NCBI GenBank assembly: GCA_019136655.1
Contig: JAGVTU010000003.1
Coordinates: forward strand, 28,098 to 92,097
DNA length: 64,000 nucleotides
DNA from: Bacteroidota bacterium
Lineage (GTDB): Bacteria > Bacteroidota > Bacteroidia > AKYH767-A > OLB10
Reading direction: 5' to 3'
Shown here: in pieces, positions 30,501 to 39,924 of the stretch
Position numbering within the stretch: position 1 is the stretch's first letter
Layout of the letters: each line of letters opens with the position of its first letter
Translations under genes and position numbers: made by a program
Notes under the pieces: generated by a model
Database searches by the model: none
What the model saw: only the letters and a program-made list of their open reading frames with translations
What the model was told of the DNA's origin: nothing

Positions 30501-30838
30501 TTGGTGAATATCAGGTTACTGTAATTGACTCCAATGGATGCCGCAACTCTGATGTAATTCAGATAATAGAAGCTCCTTGTGAAGTTGAAGTATTTAACGT
30601 TATCACGCCTAACAGTGATGGCAAAAACGATGTGTTTGAAGTAAAAAATCTGCTTGATTTCCCAGTACGTAAACTGACCGTGTTCAACCGCTGGGGTAAG
30701 AAAGTTTACAGTGCCAACCCATATAACAACGACTGGGATGGTGGTAATCTTGCTGCCGGTGTATATTACTTCATTTTGGAATACGATAACGGAATTAAGT
30801 CTGAAACCAAGAAAGGTTCTTTCAACCTTATCCGCTAA
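27554..30838 (+). CDS. large cell-surface protein with six tandem Ig-like repeats and T9SS type-B C-terminal sorting domain
   Basis: Signal peptide. N-terminal conserved HIAAGDISY...LYRDC module. Six repeats of about 79 aa, each with a conserved Cys pair. C-terminal VITPNSDGKNDVFEV...GVYYFILEY CTD. Confidence 0.7.
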   Translation: MFKNLIRIMALCLIGIMLKPETGNASHIAAGDISYTYTGSPNTFLIKLRLYRDCAGVTMSTSESICYTSASCNINQTLTVTLLPGSGLEIPPTPCVPAQGPSTCSGGTAYGVQEYIYQAVLVMPAQCQDWKFQWEVCCRNGNITNLVNPDFYGMYLEATMNNLDYPTNSSPFFNTIPVTQFCVNNQFYFDQGAIDPDNDSLKFVLIDAQDASGGCPMTPTNLAYVSPLSGINPVASVNGTTINQYTGVISFLPNVLQTPVIALRCFEYDRTTGALKSIVKRELQINIVATCIISTPGFDSTLASTGLNLVTGVNNVSCDDTVFYIVIDPPVQCGSIVPSDIRVLDPNGVPNPVVSASGVNCVNGLTDSIRVAVLNPIHIGTSSLFTKIGNDGNTFLSECGSPMNEFDTLFITLYDSSNYAFNLTDTLDCSFDQINITSNQLIDCFTIAADGSDFIVVDANGVNVPVTGATCVGVNGSHFGTQFILTTVPTSNVVSPLTVIVQNGSDLNTMANGCGTMVLSNDTIGTIYVRSQLDIDLGTDVTVCSSDPTPQLDAGFFAGATYDWTLNGTSLGQNAQTIPANATGQYIVTVQSSASCIGTDTVEVNIIAAPAVNLGNDVHLCATDPFPTLDAGNPGATYQWYQNTTAIPGATSQQYTPTAAGTYFVEVSVGASCLGRDTVEVTVEQQLSITMSDLSYCSGNAVTLQSSSPNTGVNYSWTLDGTPIAGQNGSSVPVTGSGVYQVTITAGSCSANASANVTEVEQPSATLTDISQCDNVTAPVLDPGYAPAAGNNTVFSWTYNGNSVGGNDPTLNTAATGAGNYSVTITNTINGYSCTANASMELTINAAPAVGLGNDITQCMGDNPATLATANGTGYTFEWTLNGNVIGDATDSSITATSAGTYAVIVTNANGCTSTDNAVVSINALPSPLIQDDMQRQDSIPFCVTQNPAPVLALVNNAFIQSYQWTLNGDDITTNANVTVTAVGEYQVTVIDSNGCRNSDVIQIIEAPCEVEVFNVITPNSDGKNDVFEVKNLLDFPVRKLTVFNRWGKKVYSANPYNNDWDGGNLAAGVYYFILEYDNGIKSETKKGSFNLIR
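29150..30575 (+). repeat. six tandem repeats of about 237 bp (about 79-aa Ig-like units) inside the 27554-30838 CDS
   Basis: Each unit has the pattern LG(N/T)D..C...P.LDAG.....Y.W..NG..I......T.TA.G.Y.V.V....C...D.V.V. Confidence 0.7.
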
Positions 30839-30861
30839 GTCACTTTTTGTTTCTATTTTTG

Positions 30862-30900
30862 CAAGAGCGTATTCAATAATGAGTACGCTCTTGTTTTTTG
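30862..30900 (+). terminator. rho-independent terminator
   Basis: 10-bp perfect stem CAAGAGCGTA / TACGCTCTTG followed by TTTTTT. Confidence 0.8.
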
Positions 30901-30913
30901 TTTCAATTCATTT

Positions 30914-31867
30914 ATGAAAGTTACCGAACATTTACGTCAGTCAAAGAAAACGCTGTTCAGCATTGAAGTTCTGCCTCCATTGAAAGGTAAAAGCATTCAG
31001 TCTATCTTCAATGCTATTGACCCACTGATGGAGTTTAAGCCCCCCTTTGTTGATGTAACGTATCACCGCGAAGAGTTTGTATATAAGAAACGAGAAGGTG
31101 GTTATCTGGAAAAAATTTCTATTCGCAAACGCCCTGGTACTGTTGGAATTTGTGCGGCTATTATGAATCATTATCAGGTTGATGCAGTTCCACATATTAT
31201 TTGTGGAGGTTTTTCAAAAGAAGAAACAGAAAATGCTCTGATAGACTTAAATTTTTTGGGTATTGACAATGTGCTGTTACTGCGTGGCGATTCAGAAAAA
31301 CATGAACAACATTTTACACCTGAACCCGGTGGTCACAACTATGCGATAGATCTGGTGAATCAGGTTGTGAATATGAACCGAGGTGTTTTTTTGGATGATG
31401 ATTTGAAGGGTGTGGAACCAACTTCTTTCTGCATTGGTGTTGCCGGTTATCCCGAAAAACATTTCGAAGCTCCCAATCTGAATACCGATATTTCCCATCT
31501 CAAAAAGAAAGTTGATGCCGGAGCAGAATATATCGTTACTCAAATGTTTTTTGATAATGAAAAATTCTTTGCCTTCGTAAAAAAATGCCGCGATGCGGGT
31601 ATTTCCGTTCCAATTATTCCAGGTCTTAAACCACTCTCTACCCGGAAACAATTAACCATACTTCCTAAAACATTTCATATAGATATTCCGGAGACATTAT
31701 ACTCAGAAGTGGAAAAATGTTCGGACGACACTGCAGTAAAAACCCTTGGAATTGAATGGGCTGTTCAACAATCAAAAGAGTTGATAAAATTTGGCGTACC
31801 ATGTCTTCACTTTTACACCATGGGTAATCCCGAAAATATCAGACTCATTGCATCACAAATATTTTAG
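30914..31867 (+). CDS. metF: methylenetetrahydrofolate reductase [NAD(P)H]
   Basis: LFSIEVLPP ... the typical MTHFR TIM-barrel, 317 aa. Confidence 0.85.
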   Translation: MKVTEHLRQSKKTLFSIEVLPPLKGKSIQSIFNAIDPLMEFKPPFVDVTYHREEFVYKKREGGYLEKISIRKRPGTVGICAAIMNHYQVDAVPHIICGGFSKEETENALIDLNFLGIDNVLLLRGDSEKHEQHFTPEPGGHNYAIDLVNQVVNMNRGVFLDDDLKGVEPTSFCIGVAGYPEKHFEAPNLNTDISHLKKKVDAGAEYIVTQMFFDNEKFFAFVKKCRDAGISVPIIPGLKPLSTRKQLTILPKTFHIDIPETLYSEVEKCSDDTAVKTLGIEWAVQQSKELIKFGVPCLHFYTMGNPENIRLIASQIF

Positions 31868-31980
31868 ATCAGGCATTTTAGTTGTGAGCGATACAAAATC
31901 ATATACATGTAAGAATATAATGACACTAAAACTTTTAATTTTTGCAGGTGTTAAGCAATATATTTTGTAATATCTAATAC

Positions 31981-32868
31981 GTGAACAGGTTTTCAATTAA
32001 GGACATTGAAATACTGACAGGCATCAAGCCTCATACTATCAGGATATGGGAGCAACGTTACGGTATTTTGCAACCACAACGCACAGCCACCAACATACGA
32101 TATTATTCTGACAATGATTTAAAGCTGATGCTGAATGTATCGTTGTTGAATAAGATGGGTTATAAAATTTCTAAGATAACCTGCCTTAGTGCTGACGAAA
32201 TTGAAAACAAAGTAAGGAGCATGGCCGAGAGTGCCTGCGATGCCGATATCAATCTTGGTGTCCTGCTCAATTGTCTGGTAAGCCTCGATGAAGAAGCCTT
32301 TGAAAGTCTCCTCAACAAAAACCTGAATTGCATTGGCCTTGAAATGACAATGAACAATATCATTTTTCCTTTTCTGAAACGCATAGGTATGTTGTGGCTT
32401 GGCGGAAGTATTGCACCTGCATTTGAACATTTTTTTACAAATCTTGTACGACAGAAACTCATTGCTGCCATAGATAAACAGGAGAGAAAAATTGGTCCGA
32501 ATTCAAAAAACTTTCTTCTTTTCCTTCCACCCAACGAACCACATGAACTTGGTTTGCTCTATGCGCACTATTTAATCCGTTCGCGTGGTCACCGGTCAAT
32601 TTATATGGGATTAAATTTGCCTGTTCAGCATATCTTATGCGCTAACGAAATGTACAAACCCGATTATGTACTTACAGCACTGACTACTTGTGTAAAAATT
32701 AAAGCAGTAGAAGAGTTTGTTCAACATATCTCAAAAGCTTTTTCTCAGAGTAAAATTCTCATTTCAGGAACACAGGCATTAAACCGTTGTTTCCAAATAC
32801 CACATAATGCACGTCTGGTAACCGACTTTGAAGATTTTATATTTTTGCTTGAAAATAAAACCGGCTGA
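31981..32868 (+). CDS. MerR family transcriptional regulator with C-terminal B12-binding-like domain
   Basis: MerR HTH (FSIKDIEILTGIKPHTIRIWEQRYG). The C-terminal region resembles a cobalamin-binding Rossmann-like domain. GTG start. Confidence 0.6.
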   Translation: MNRFSIKDIEILTGIKPHTIRIWEQRYGILQPQRTATNIRYYSDNDLKLMLNVSLLNKMGYKISKITCLSADEIENKVRSMAESACDADINLGVLLNCLVSLDEEAFESLLNKNLNCIGLEMTMNNIIFPFLKRIGMLWLGGSIAPAFEHFFTNLVRQKLIAAIDKQERKIGPNSKNFLLFLPPNEPHELGLLYAHYLIRSRGHRSIYMGLNLPVQHILCANEMYKPDYVLTALTTCVKIKAVEEFVQHISKAFSQSKILISGTQALNRCFQIPHNARLVTDFEDFIFLLENKTG

Positions 32869-32883
32869 CAACAGTTTTTTCGA

Positions 32884-33177
32884 ATGCCACTTTCTGAACT
32901 GACAAGTCAACATCCGTATTTGTTAATTGATTTTTACGCTGACTGGTGTGAGCCCTGTAAGTGGCTTAATCCGGTGCTGGAAGAATTAAAAACAAAACTG
33001 CCTCAACTGCATATTCATAAAGTAAATGTAGATGAGCAAACAGCGATTGCTCAAAATTTTGATGTTCGCAGCGTACCTGTACTGGTGTTGTTTGTAAATG
33101 GAAAAGTAGTTTGGCGTATGAACGGATTTAAATATGCCCGAGAGTTGGCAGACGAACTTAAAGCTTATATGAAATAA
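32884..33177 (+). CDS. thioredoxin with atypical CEPC active site
   Basis: Thioredoxin fold of 97 aa. The active site reads WCEPC instead of the canonical WCGPC. Confidence 0.75.
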   Translation: MPLSELTSQHPYLLIDFYADWCEPCKWLNPVLEELKTKLPQLHIHKVNVDEQTAIAQNFDVRSVPVLVLFVNGKVVWRMNGFKYARELADELKAYMK

Positions 33178-33261
33178 TCTTTTTGTTTATAAGTTTTGTC
33201 ATTGTGCTGAAGTTACAGACATACAGTTGCTGTTAACTGCTACTTTTACACACCTTCAACT

Positions 33262-35547
33262 ATGGCAAAAAAGAAAATCACATTATCAAAAAATCAATGG
33301 GCTGAAATTAAAAAAGAGCTTTATGGGGTGTTTATTAAGCAGCCAAATGCTTCCTTCAATTACAAACAGGCCTGGCGCAAAGCCGAAATAAATCTGAGTG
33401 ATGAAATTATTACTCAGCTATTATTTGCCGACAAAAAATATGTAGATGACCATTTGCAGCAAATATTGATAGAATTGACTGAATCGGGAGAGTTGATTGA
33501 AACACAACCTTACCGTTATAAACTTTTGCCTTCTGTAAAATTTGTAGTAGGTGTTATAGAGATTTCATCCAAAGGAGAGGGATATGTCATAAACAAAGAA
33601 TTTAAAGAAGATATACAGATTCCTGCGCGGCTGACTGCTAATGCGCTCAATGGCGATACAGTGAAAATTAGTTTGCTAGCACACCGTGAAGGAAGACGCC
33701 AACAGGGAGAGGTTGTTGAAATTATTAAACGTGCGCGACTTGAATTTGCCGGTACGCTACAGCACAGCGGCAGTTATGCATTTGTAGTCTGTGATGACAG
33801 CAAAATGCATACTGATGTTTTTGTTCCCGGAAAAAATCTGAACGGAGCCCGAAATGGTGATAAAGTAATTGTACGCATTACCGAATGGGACAGCGATGCA
33901 AGAAACCCTGTTGGAGAAATTATCAGGCTGCTTGGAACTCCCGGAGAGCATTTTGCAGAGATGAATGCCATTATAGTTGAGTATGGCTTGCCCGAAACAT
34001 TTCCTGAAGAAGTAGAAAAAGAAGCTAAAAAAATTTCTGATAAAATCAGTAACGAAGAAATTAAAAAAAGGCGCGACTTTCGTAAAATACTCACCTTTAC
34101 TATTGACCCTGTTGATGCGAAAGATTTTGATGATGCGCTTTCAATTAAAAAGTTGCCGTCCGGTAACTGGGAAATAGGCGTACATATTGCTGATGTTTCG
34201 CACTTTGTAAAACCAGGCACTGCGATGGAAGCCGAAGCATATAAACGTGCCACCTCTATTTATCTTGTTGACAGAGTGATTCCCATGTTACCGGAAAAAT
34301 TATCCAACATGGTTTGTTCGCTAAGGCCTAATGAAGAAAAGCTTTGCTTCTCTGCGGTTTTTGAAATGAATAATCGTGCTGAAGTAATTTCAGAGTGGTA
34401 TGGAAAAACCATCATCAATTCTGACAAAAGATTTACTTACGAAGAAGCTCAGGAAATTATTGAAACCGGAAAAGGTGATTATAGCGAGGAGCTGTTAACT
34501 TTTAATCAACTTGCAAAGTTGCTTCGCAAAGAAAGGTTGAAAAACGGAGCCATCAGTTTCGAAAAATCAGAAGTAAAATTTCGCCTTGACGACAAAGGAA
34601 ACCCTACAGGTATTTATCTTAAAGAAAGCAAGGACTCCAATAAACTAATTGAAGAGTTTATGTTGCTTGCAAACAGAAAAGTGGCGGAGTTTATAGGAAA
34701 AAATAATGAGTCAGGAAAGAAGAAAAAAACCGAGTCAAAAACATTTGTTTACCGAATACACGATGTTCCTGTAGAAGAAAAGCTAAGTGACTTTAAATCA
34801 TTTGCTGCTCAATTTGGCTACCGCATTAACAATTCATCCGGAAAGGAAGCTGCACACTCCATAAACAAAATGCTTACTGATGTGAATGGAAAAAAAGAAC
34901 AAAGCATGCTTGAGCAGTTAGCCATCAGAAGTATGGCAAAGGCTGCTTATTCAACAGATAACATTGGACATTATGGTTTAGCTTTTGAATACTATACGCA
35001 TTTCACTTCACCCATCAGACGTTACCCGGATGTGATGGTGCACCGTTTGTTAGAGCTTTATATGGCCGGAGGAAAGAGTGTGTCTAAAGATGAGTATGAG
35101 GAAAAATGCAAACACAGTACCGAACAGGAAATTAATGCTGCTGACGCAGAACGTTCTTCCATTAAGTATAAACAGGTACAATACATTGCTGAACGGAAGA
35201 ATGAAATTTTTAAAGGTGTAATTTCAGGTGTTACAGATTGGGGAATTTATGTAGAGCTGGAAGGAAATAAATGTGAGGGGATGATACGGCTTCGTGATAT
35301 GAATGATGATTATTACGAGTTGGATCAAAAGAATTTTTGCATCGTTGGTAATCGCACACGAAAAAAATACACCTTGGGTGACGAACTGCTTGTTGCCGTA
35401 AAAAACACAGACATAATTCGCAAGCAGATTGATTTCATCATTTATGATGAAAACAGACAACATGAAATTAATCCGTTTAAGAGGAGTGACAAGCAAAGAA
35501 ATTCAAAGAAGTTTAAAGGCTCACCAAAACGAAAAGGGAGAAGGTAA
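33262..35547 (+). CDS. rnr: ribonuclease R
   Basis: Cold-shock/OB domains. RNB catalytic domain (FTIDPVDAKDFDDA...). C-terminal S1 domain and a Lys/Arg tail. Confidence 0.9.
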   Translation: MAKKKITLSKNQWAEIKKELYGVFIKQPNASFNYKQAWRKAEINLSDEIITQLLFADKKYVDDHLQQILIELTESGELIETQPYRYKLLPSVKFVVGVIEISSKGEGYVINKEFKEDIQIPARLTANALNGDTVKISLLAHREGRRQQGEVVEIIKRARLEFAGTLQHSGSYAFVVCDDSKMHTDVFVPGKNLNGARNGDKVIVRITEWDSDARNPVGEIIRLLGTPGEHFAEMNAIIVEYGLPETFPEEVEKEAKKISDKISNEEIKKRRDFRKILTFTIDPVDAKDFDDALSIKKLPSGNWEIGVHIADVSHFVKPGTAMEAEAYKRATSIYLVDRVIPMLPEKLSNMVCSLRPNEEKLCFSAVFEMNNRAEVISEWYGKTIINSDKRFTYEEAQEIIETGKGDYSEELLTFNQLAKLLRKERLKNGAISFEKSEVKFRLDDKGNPTGIYLKESKDSNKLIEEFMLLANRKVAEFIGKNNESGKKKKTESKTFVYRIHDVPVEEKLSDFKSFAAQFGYRINNSSGKEAAHSINKMLTDVNGKKEQSMLEQLAIRSMAKAAYSTDNIGHYGLAFEYYTHFTSPIRRYPDVMVHRLLELYMAGGKSVSKDEYEEKCKHSTEQEINAADAERSSIKYKQVQYIAERKNEIFKGVISGVTDWGIYVELEGNKCEGMIRLRDMNDDYYELDQKNFCIVGNRTRKKYTLGDELLVAVKNTDIIRKQIDFIIYDENRQHEINPFKRSDKQRNSKKFKGSPKRKGRR

Positions 35548-35580
35548 GTAAATTCCTCAGGATTTTTTACTTTTAGCGCA

Positions 35581-36354
35581 ATGGAAAATATTAAAGTTAT
35601 AGAGCGAAGAGGAGCAAAAAAAATAATCTCCATCTTTTTTAAGTTTCTAATGACAGATACGATAAACTCATTTTTGTTACTCTTAAAAAAGAACCGGAAA
35701 TACTCTTTTGATGATGCTAAATATCACGGAATTAATTTAGGAAGTAGCACAACCTCTCCTCAGGGTTGGATAGGAATCAGTGGAGGTGTTACTATTCTTT
35801 TGCTGAATATGCCGGCCTTTGTATTGCGCATGATTTATCCTTTTTCAAGCAGAAGTAAAAAAACTCCTTTTAGTGAATTTTATAAAAAAGTAAAATCATC
35901 TCGCATATTACATCATAATTTGTTTTATGGTATTCCTTTTAAGAATGCTGCTGTTTCAAATGTTTTCACAAGTCATTTTTTTGAGCACCTTTCTTATAAT
36001 TCAGCCGTATATATGGTTAAGGAATCTTATCGTGTTTTAAAACCAGGTGGTATGATTCATGTTGTAGTACCAAGTTTAGAAAGCGATGTGAATAAATTAA
36101 AACAAGCTACAGAAGAATATGATAAAGGTAATCCAGATGCAGCAAGGGCATTGTTAACAGAACCTTATGTTGACTTAACTGATCCATTCAGCCATCATCG
36201 CTTTATGTACGATTTTGATGATATGAAAATATTGCTCGAAAAAGCGGGATTTAAAAACATAAGACAGGTAGAACGTTATAAAGGGGCAATGCCAAATATT
36301 CAACCTCTTGAAAACAGGCCCGGGCTAATTGTTGAAGCTGTAAAAGAATTATAG
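35581..36354 (+). CDS. class I SAM-dependent methyltransferase (Methyltransf_11-like)
   Basis: LKPGGMIHVVVP is the motif that follows the SAM-binding region in this family. Confidence 0.6.
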   Translation: MENIKVIERRGAKKIISIFFKFLMTDTINSFLLLLKKNRKYSFDDAKYHGINLGSSTTSPQGWIGISGGVTILLLNMPAFVLRMIYPFSSRSKKTPFSEFYKKVKSSRILHHNLFYGIPFKNAAVSNVFTSHFFEHLSYNSAVYMVKESYRVLKPGGMIHVVVPSLESDVNKLKQATEEYDKGNPDAARALLTEPYVDLTDPFSHHRFMYDFDDMKILLEKAGFKNIRQVERYKGAMPNIQPLENRPGLIVEAVKEL

Positions 36355-36366
36355 AAATTAATTTTC

Positions 36367-36942
36367 TTATTTCCTATAAAAGTTCATTTCGTCAATATAG
36401 TCTGCTACTTTTTCAGGCATCATAAAACGCACATCTTTTTTTGATTTGATAGCATTGCGAATGAATGTTGATGATATTTCCATCAACGGTGCTTCTATAA
36501 ATTTTACTTTAGGATGATTCTTAAAATCACCTCCGTCAAACCCGGGACGAGGATATATGTAGATGGAATAATACTCCAGTATCTGCTCATAGTTTTTCCA
36601 CTTATGAAAAGTATGCAGATTGTCACTTCCCATAATTAATACAAACTCATGCTGCGGGTATTTTTCCTGAAGGTGTGTAAGTGTGTTAATGGTGTAAGAT
36701 GGTTTGGGTAAACCAAATTCAATTTTTGAAGCTTTCATTTTGCGATAGTCGCCAATTGCCAACTCCACCAGCTGCAATCTTTGAAAATCGTTTAGCAAAC
36801 TTCCTGCCGGCTTGAGTGGGTTATGTGGCGAAACAACAAACCATACCTGATTCAAATCTGAAAACTCTGTAAAAAAATTTGCAATAACCATGTGGCCATT
36901 GTGCACGGGATTAAACGATCCGAAAAACAAACCGGTTTTCAT
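36367..36942 (-). CDS. nadD: nicotinate-nucleotide adenylyltransferase
   Basis: GLFFGSFNPVHNGH (HxGH nucleotidyltransferase motif), 191 aa. Confidence 0.9.
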   Translation of the reverse strand: MKTGLFFGSFNPVHNGHMVIANFFTEFSDLNQVWFVVSPHNPLKPAGSLLNDFQRLQLVELAIGDYRKMKASKIEFGLPKPSYTINTLTHLQEKYPQHEFVLIMGSDNLHTFHKWKNYEQILEYYSIYIYPRPGFDGGDFKNHPKVKFIEAPLMEISSTFIRNAIKSKKDVRFMMPEKVADYIDEMNFYRK

Positions 36943-36945
36943 CTT

Positions 36946-38472
36946 TCAGTTTACTCTGATGTTATCAATTCTTGTTTCTCTGTCGGCATTGTACTGAACG
37001 GTAAGAATCAAGTTTCCATTATCATCATACGTTTTCCAAATACCGTTGCGCATGCCATGTTGGTAGTTTCTTATTTCACGTAATTTTCCATTTTCATTGT
37101 AATAGAGATGTTCTCCTTCTTCCAAACCGTCTGCATATTTACCTGAAAAAGCCTGTTTGCCGTTTCTATAGGTTTGATGCCACATCCCAAATTTTCTTCC
37201 ATCGCGGTATTCACCTTCGGCAATATATTCTCCATTATTATATTTCCACAGTCCCTCTTTATTGCCTTCAATGTATTTTCCGGTGGCTATCAGCTGCAGC
37301 GAATCGTTGTACTCATTCGAGATGCCATTTTCTTTCCCTTTGTCGAATGTTTCATCTCTGCGCAAATTTCCATTTTCAAAATACCATTTCCATTCTCCCT
37401 GCGGCAATCCGTTTTCATAGTTTCCGGTTTGTTGCACACTGTTGTTTTTAAATAAGTATTTCCAGGTACCTGTTTTCTTTCCATTTTTATATTCTCCTTC
37501 GGCACGTAAAGTTCCGTCATCATAAAAATATTTCCACCAACCCTGCCTTTGATAATTATCATCCATCATTCCTTCACCGGCAAGTTTATTATCCTGATAT
37601 AATTTTGCAGATGTTACTTTTCCGTTTTCATCAAAAAATTTTTCTGTACCCTCTTTCTTACCATCAATCACATTTACTATTGATTTGAGTTTTCCATTCG
37701 GGTAAAAGTTTCTTTCAAGTTCCAGCTTAGCGGTATTTTGTTTTTCGACAACAGGTTCTCCGTTTTTATATTTCTCGTTTTTTGTCAGCGTGCCATTCTC
37801 AGAATATTCTTTATAGAAACCATTCAGTTTATCATCAAGATACTGTGCTTCGCTTTTAACCTTTTCGTTTGGATAAAATGTTTTCCATACACCTTGTTTT
37901 AATCCAAACTTATCAATACGGTTTATTCGCTCAACATTTTTTACATATCCTTCGCTGTAATGTGTAATGGTTACAATTCGCCCGTCTTCGGCATATTCTT
38001 TTGCAATACCTTCCTCCACTCCGTTCTTAAACGGTATTTCAGAAATTACTTTTCCATTTTCGCCATATTCCTTAAACCATCCTTCGCGTATATTGTCTTT
38101 TAACTGCTCTTCTGTTTTAAGTTTGCCATCAGCATAAAAAGTACGTTGCAGTCCATTCTTTTTTCCATCAGAATAGTTAAACTCTGAAACAAGTACGCCT
38201 GCATCTGAATAAAATTTCCACAGGCCTTCAGGTTGATTATTTTTTCTTTCACCTTCTGATTTCAGTTTTTCATTTTCATAATATGATTTCCAAATTCCTT
38301 CAGGTTTACCGTTTACAAATTTGCCTTCGCTGCTTTTTTTTCCGTTTGGATAATAAAAAACTTTATATCCATCGGTAATAATGGTATCCGTCTGGCCGAA
38401 GCCTGACATCTGAAAAAGCAAAAACAAAATAATCAGGGAACTTTTATATCCCATATTTAGCCGATATTTCAA
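36946..38472 (-). CDS. MORN-repeat (YwqK family) periplasmic protein
   Basis: Signal peptide. About 20 tandem repeats of about 23 aa with the pattern G.WK.YYENGKLK.EG.YKNGK. Translationally coupled to nadA upstream by a 29-nt overlap, and its stop lies 1 nt before the nadD start codon. Confidence 0.7.
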   Translation of the reverse strand: MKYRLNMGYKSSLIILFLLFQMSGFGQTDTIITDGYKVFYYPNGKKSSEGKFVNGKPEGIWKSYYENEKLKSEGERKNNQPEGLWKFYSDAGVLVSEFNYSDGKKNGLQRTFYADGKLKTEEQLKDNIREGWFKEYGENGKVISEIPFKNGVEEGIAKEYAEDGRIVTITHYSEGYVKNVERINRIDKFGLKQGVWKTFYPNEKVKSEAQYLDDKLNGFYKEYSENGTLTKNEKYKNGEPVVEKQNTAKLELERNFYPNGKLKSIVNVIDGKKEGTEKFFDENGKVTSAKLYQDNKLAGEGMMDDNYQRQGWWKYFYDDGTLRAEGEYKNGKKTGTWKYLFKNNSVQQTGNYENGLPQGEWKWYFENGNLRRDETFDKGKENGISNEYNDSLQLIATGKYIEGNKEGLWKYNNGEYIAEGEYRDGRKFGMWHQTYRNGKQAFSGKYADGLEEGEHLYYNENGKLREIRNYQHGMRNGIWKTYDDNGNLILTVQYNADRETRIDNIRVN

Positions 38473-39442
38473 GCATTCGTTTCAGTGGTCTCAGTGCGTC
38501 TTCGCGCAGATGCTCAGGAATGGTTATTTCAGGTACCTCGTTTTTCATACATAAATATACTTTTTCAAGTGTATTCAGTTTCATATACGGACAGTCGTTG
38601 CATGCACAACTGTTATCAGGCGGAGCAGGAATAAATGTTTTGTCAGGCGATGCTTTCTGCATCTGATATAAAATTCCTGTTTCAGTTGCTACAATAAATT
38701 CTTTTGCAGGATTTGTTTGTGTGTATTTAAGTAATCCTGTTGTGGAGCCAATAAAATCAGCATGGCTCAAAACTTGTTCTTCACATTCAGGATGAGCAAT
38801 TACAAGTGCATTGGGATGTTGTTCTTTCAGTTTAACAATTTTTTGCTCTGAAAAAATTTCATGCACTATGCAACTGCCATTCCACAGCACCATTGGACGA
38901 CCTGTTTTTTTAGTGATATATGCACCCAGATTTCTGTCGGGAGCAAAAACTATTTTCTGATCAGGTGGCAACGTTTCAATTATTTTAGAAACATTGCTTG
39001 ATGTACAAATGATATCACTCAGTGCTTTTATCTCTGCCGAACAGTTGATATAAGATATTACAATATGATCGGGATACTTAGCTAAAAATGCTTTAAAATC
39101 TTTTGGAGAGCAACTGTCGGCTAAAGAGCATCCTGCATTTAGGTCAGGTATAACAACTTTTTTTGTTGGGTTAAGCAGTTTAGCTGTTTCAGCCATGAAA
39201 TGAACTCCGGCAAACACAATAATGTCAGCATCTGTTTTTTCAGCTTTTTGTGCCAAGGCCAAACTGTCTCCAATGAAGTCAGCCACATCCTGAATGTCTG
39301 AATCCTGATAATAATGCGCCAGAAGAACTGCATTCTTCTCTTTTTTCAACCGCTCTATTTCTGCAAATAAATCCACTGTTGGCAATACTTGTTCGGGCAA
39401 ATATCCATATTTCTTAACCAGTGTGGCAGTATCCGTACTCAT
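38444..39442 (-). CDS. nadA: quinolinate synthase
   Basis: Type-2 NadA of about 330 aa with conserved Cys residues and typical fold segments. Confidence 0.9.
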   Translation of the reverse strand: MSTDTATLVKKYGYLPEQVLPTVDLFAEIERLKKEKNAVLLAHYYQDSDIQDVADFIGDSLALAQKAEKTDADIIVFAGVHFMAETAKLLNPTKKVVIPDLNAGCSLADSCSPKDFKAFLAKYPDHIVISYINCSAEIKALSDIICTSSNVSKIIETLPPDQKIVFAPDRNLGAYITKKTGRPMVLWNGSCIVHEIFSEQKIVKLKEQHPNALVIAHPECEEQVLSHADFIGSTTGLLKYTQTNPAKEFIVATETGILYQMQKASPDKTFIPAPPDNSCACNDCPYMKLNTLEKVYLCMKNEVPEITIPEHLREDALRPLKRMLEISAKYGI

Positions 39443-39924
39443 GATTTAAAACAACAATACAATAATTAATAAATTAAAATTTAAATATATATTATTTCTA
39501 TTTATCCGGTTGATAGCTTGTATAACTTTTACAGTACTCTCTTGTTTTAAAACTTATTATTGGTTGGTCAACAATTTATTGTTTGGTTATACCATGTTAA
39601 AGAAATGATTTTTAAAGATATGTAAATATATATTAACAACGGTTAATAACCTTTATTGTTTGTAAATATCAGTTGATAAAATGAAACTTCAGGTGAATTA
39701 ATCAGTGCAAAGTTCGTGAAAAAATAAGCTCCCTTAAATTTTGAATTTCTTAAAAAGTACTTAAGGTAGTTTTGATTTGAACAAAGCAATCTAAAACTTT
39801 AAAATTCTTTCAACAGAAAATTAAAATATAAACAGGATAGTTGTTAATTTTACGCTGAATTAAAAGGCTAAATATCAGTACAAAAAAATTTAGCTGTTCA
39901 TAATGGTTTATAACGTAAAATAAG

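Noticed and set aside
33774-34253. 159-aa minus-strand ORF inside rnr
   Set aside because: Antisense to the conserved RNase R RNB domain. No recognisable motif.
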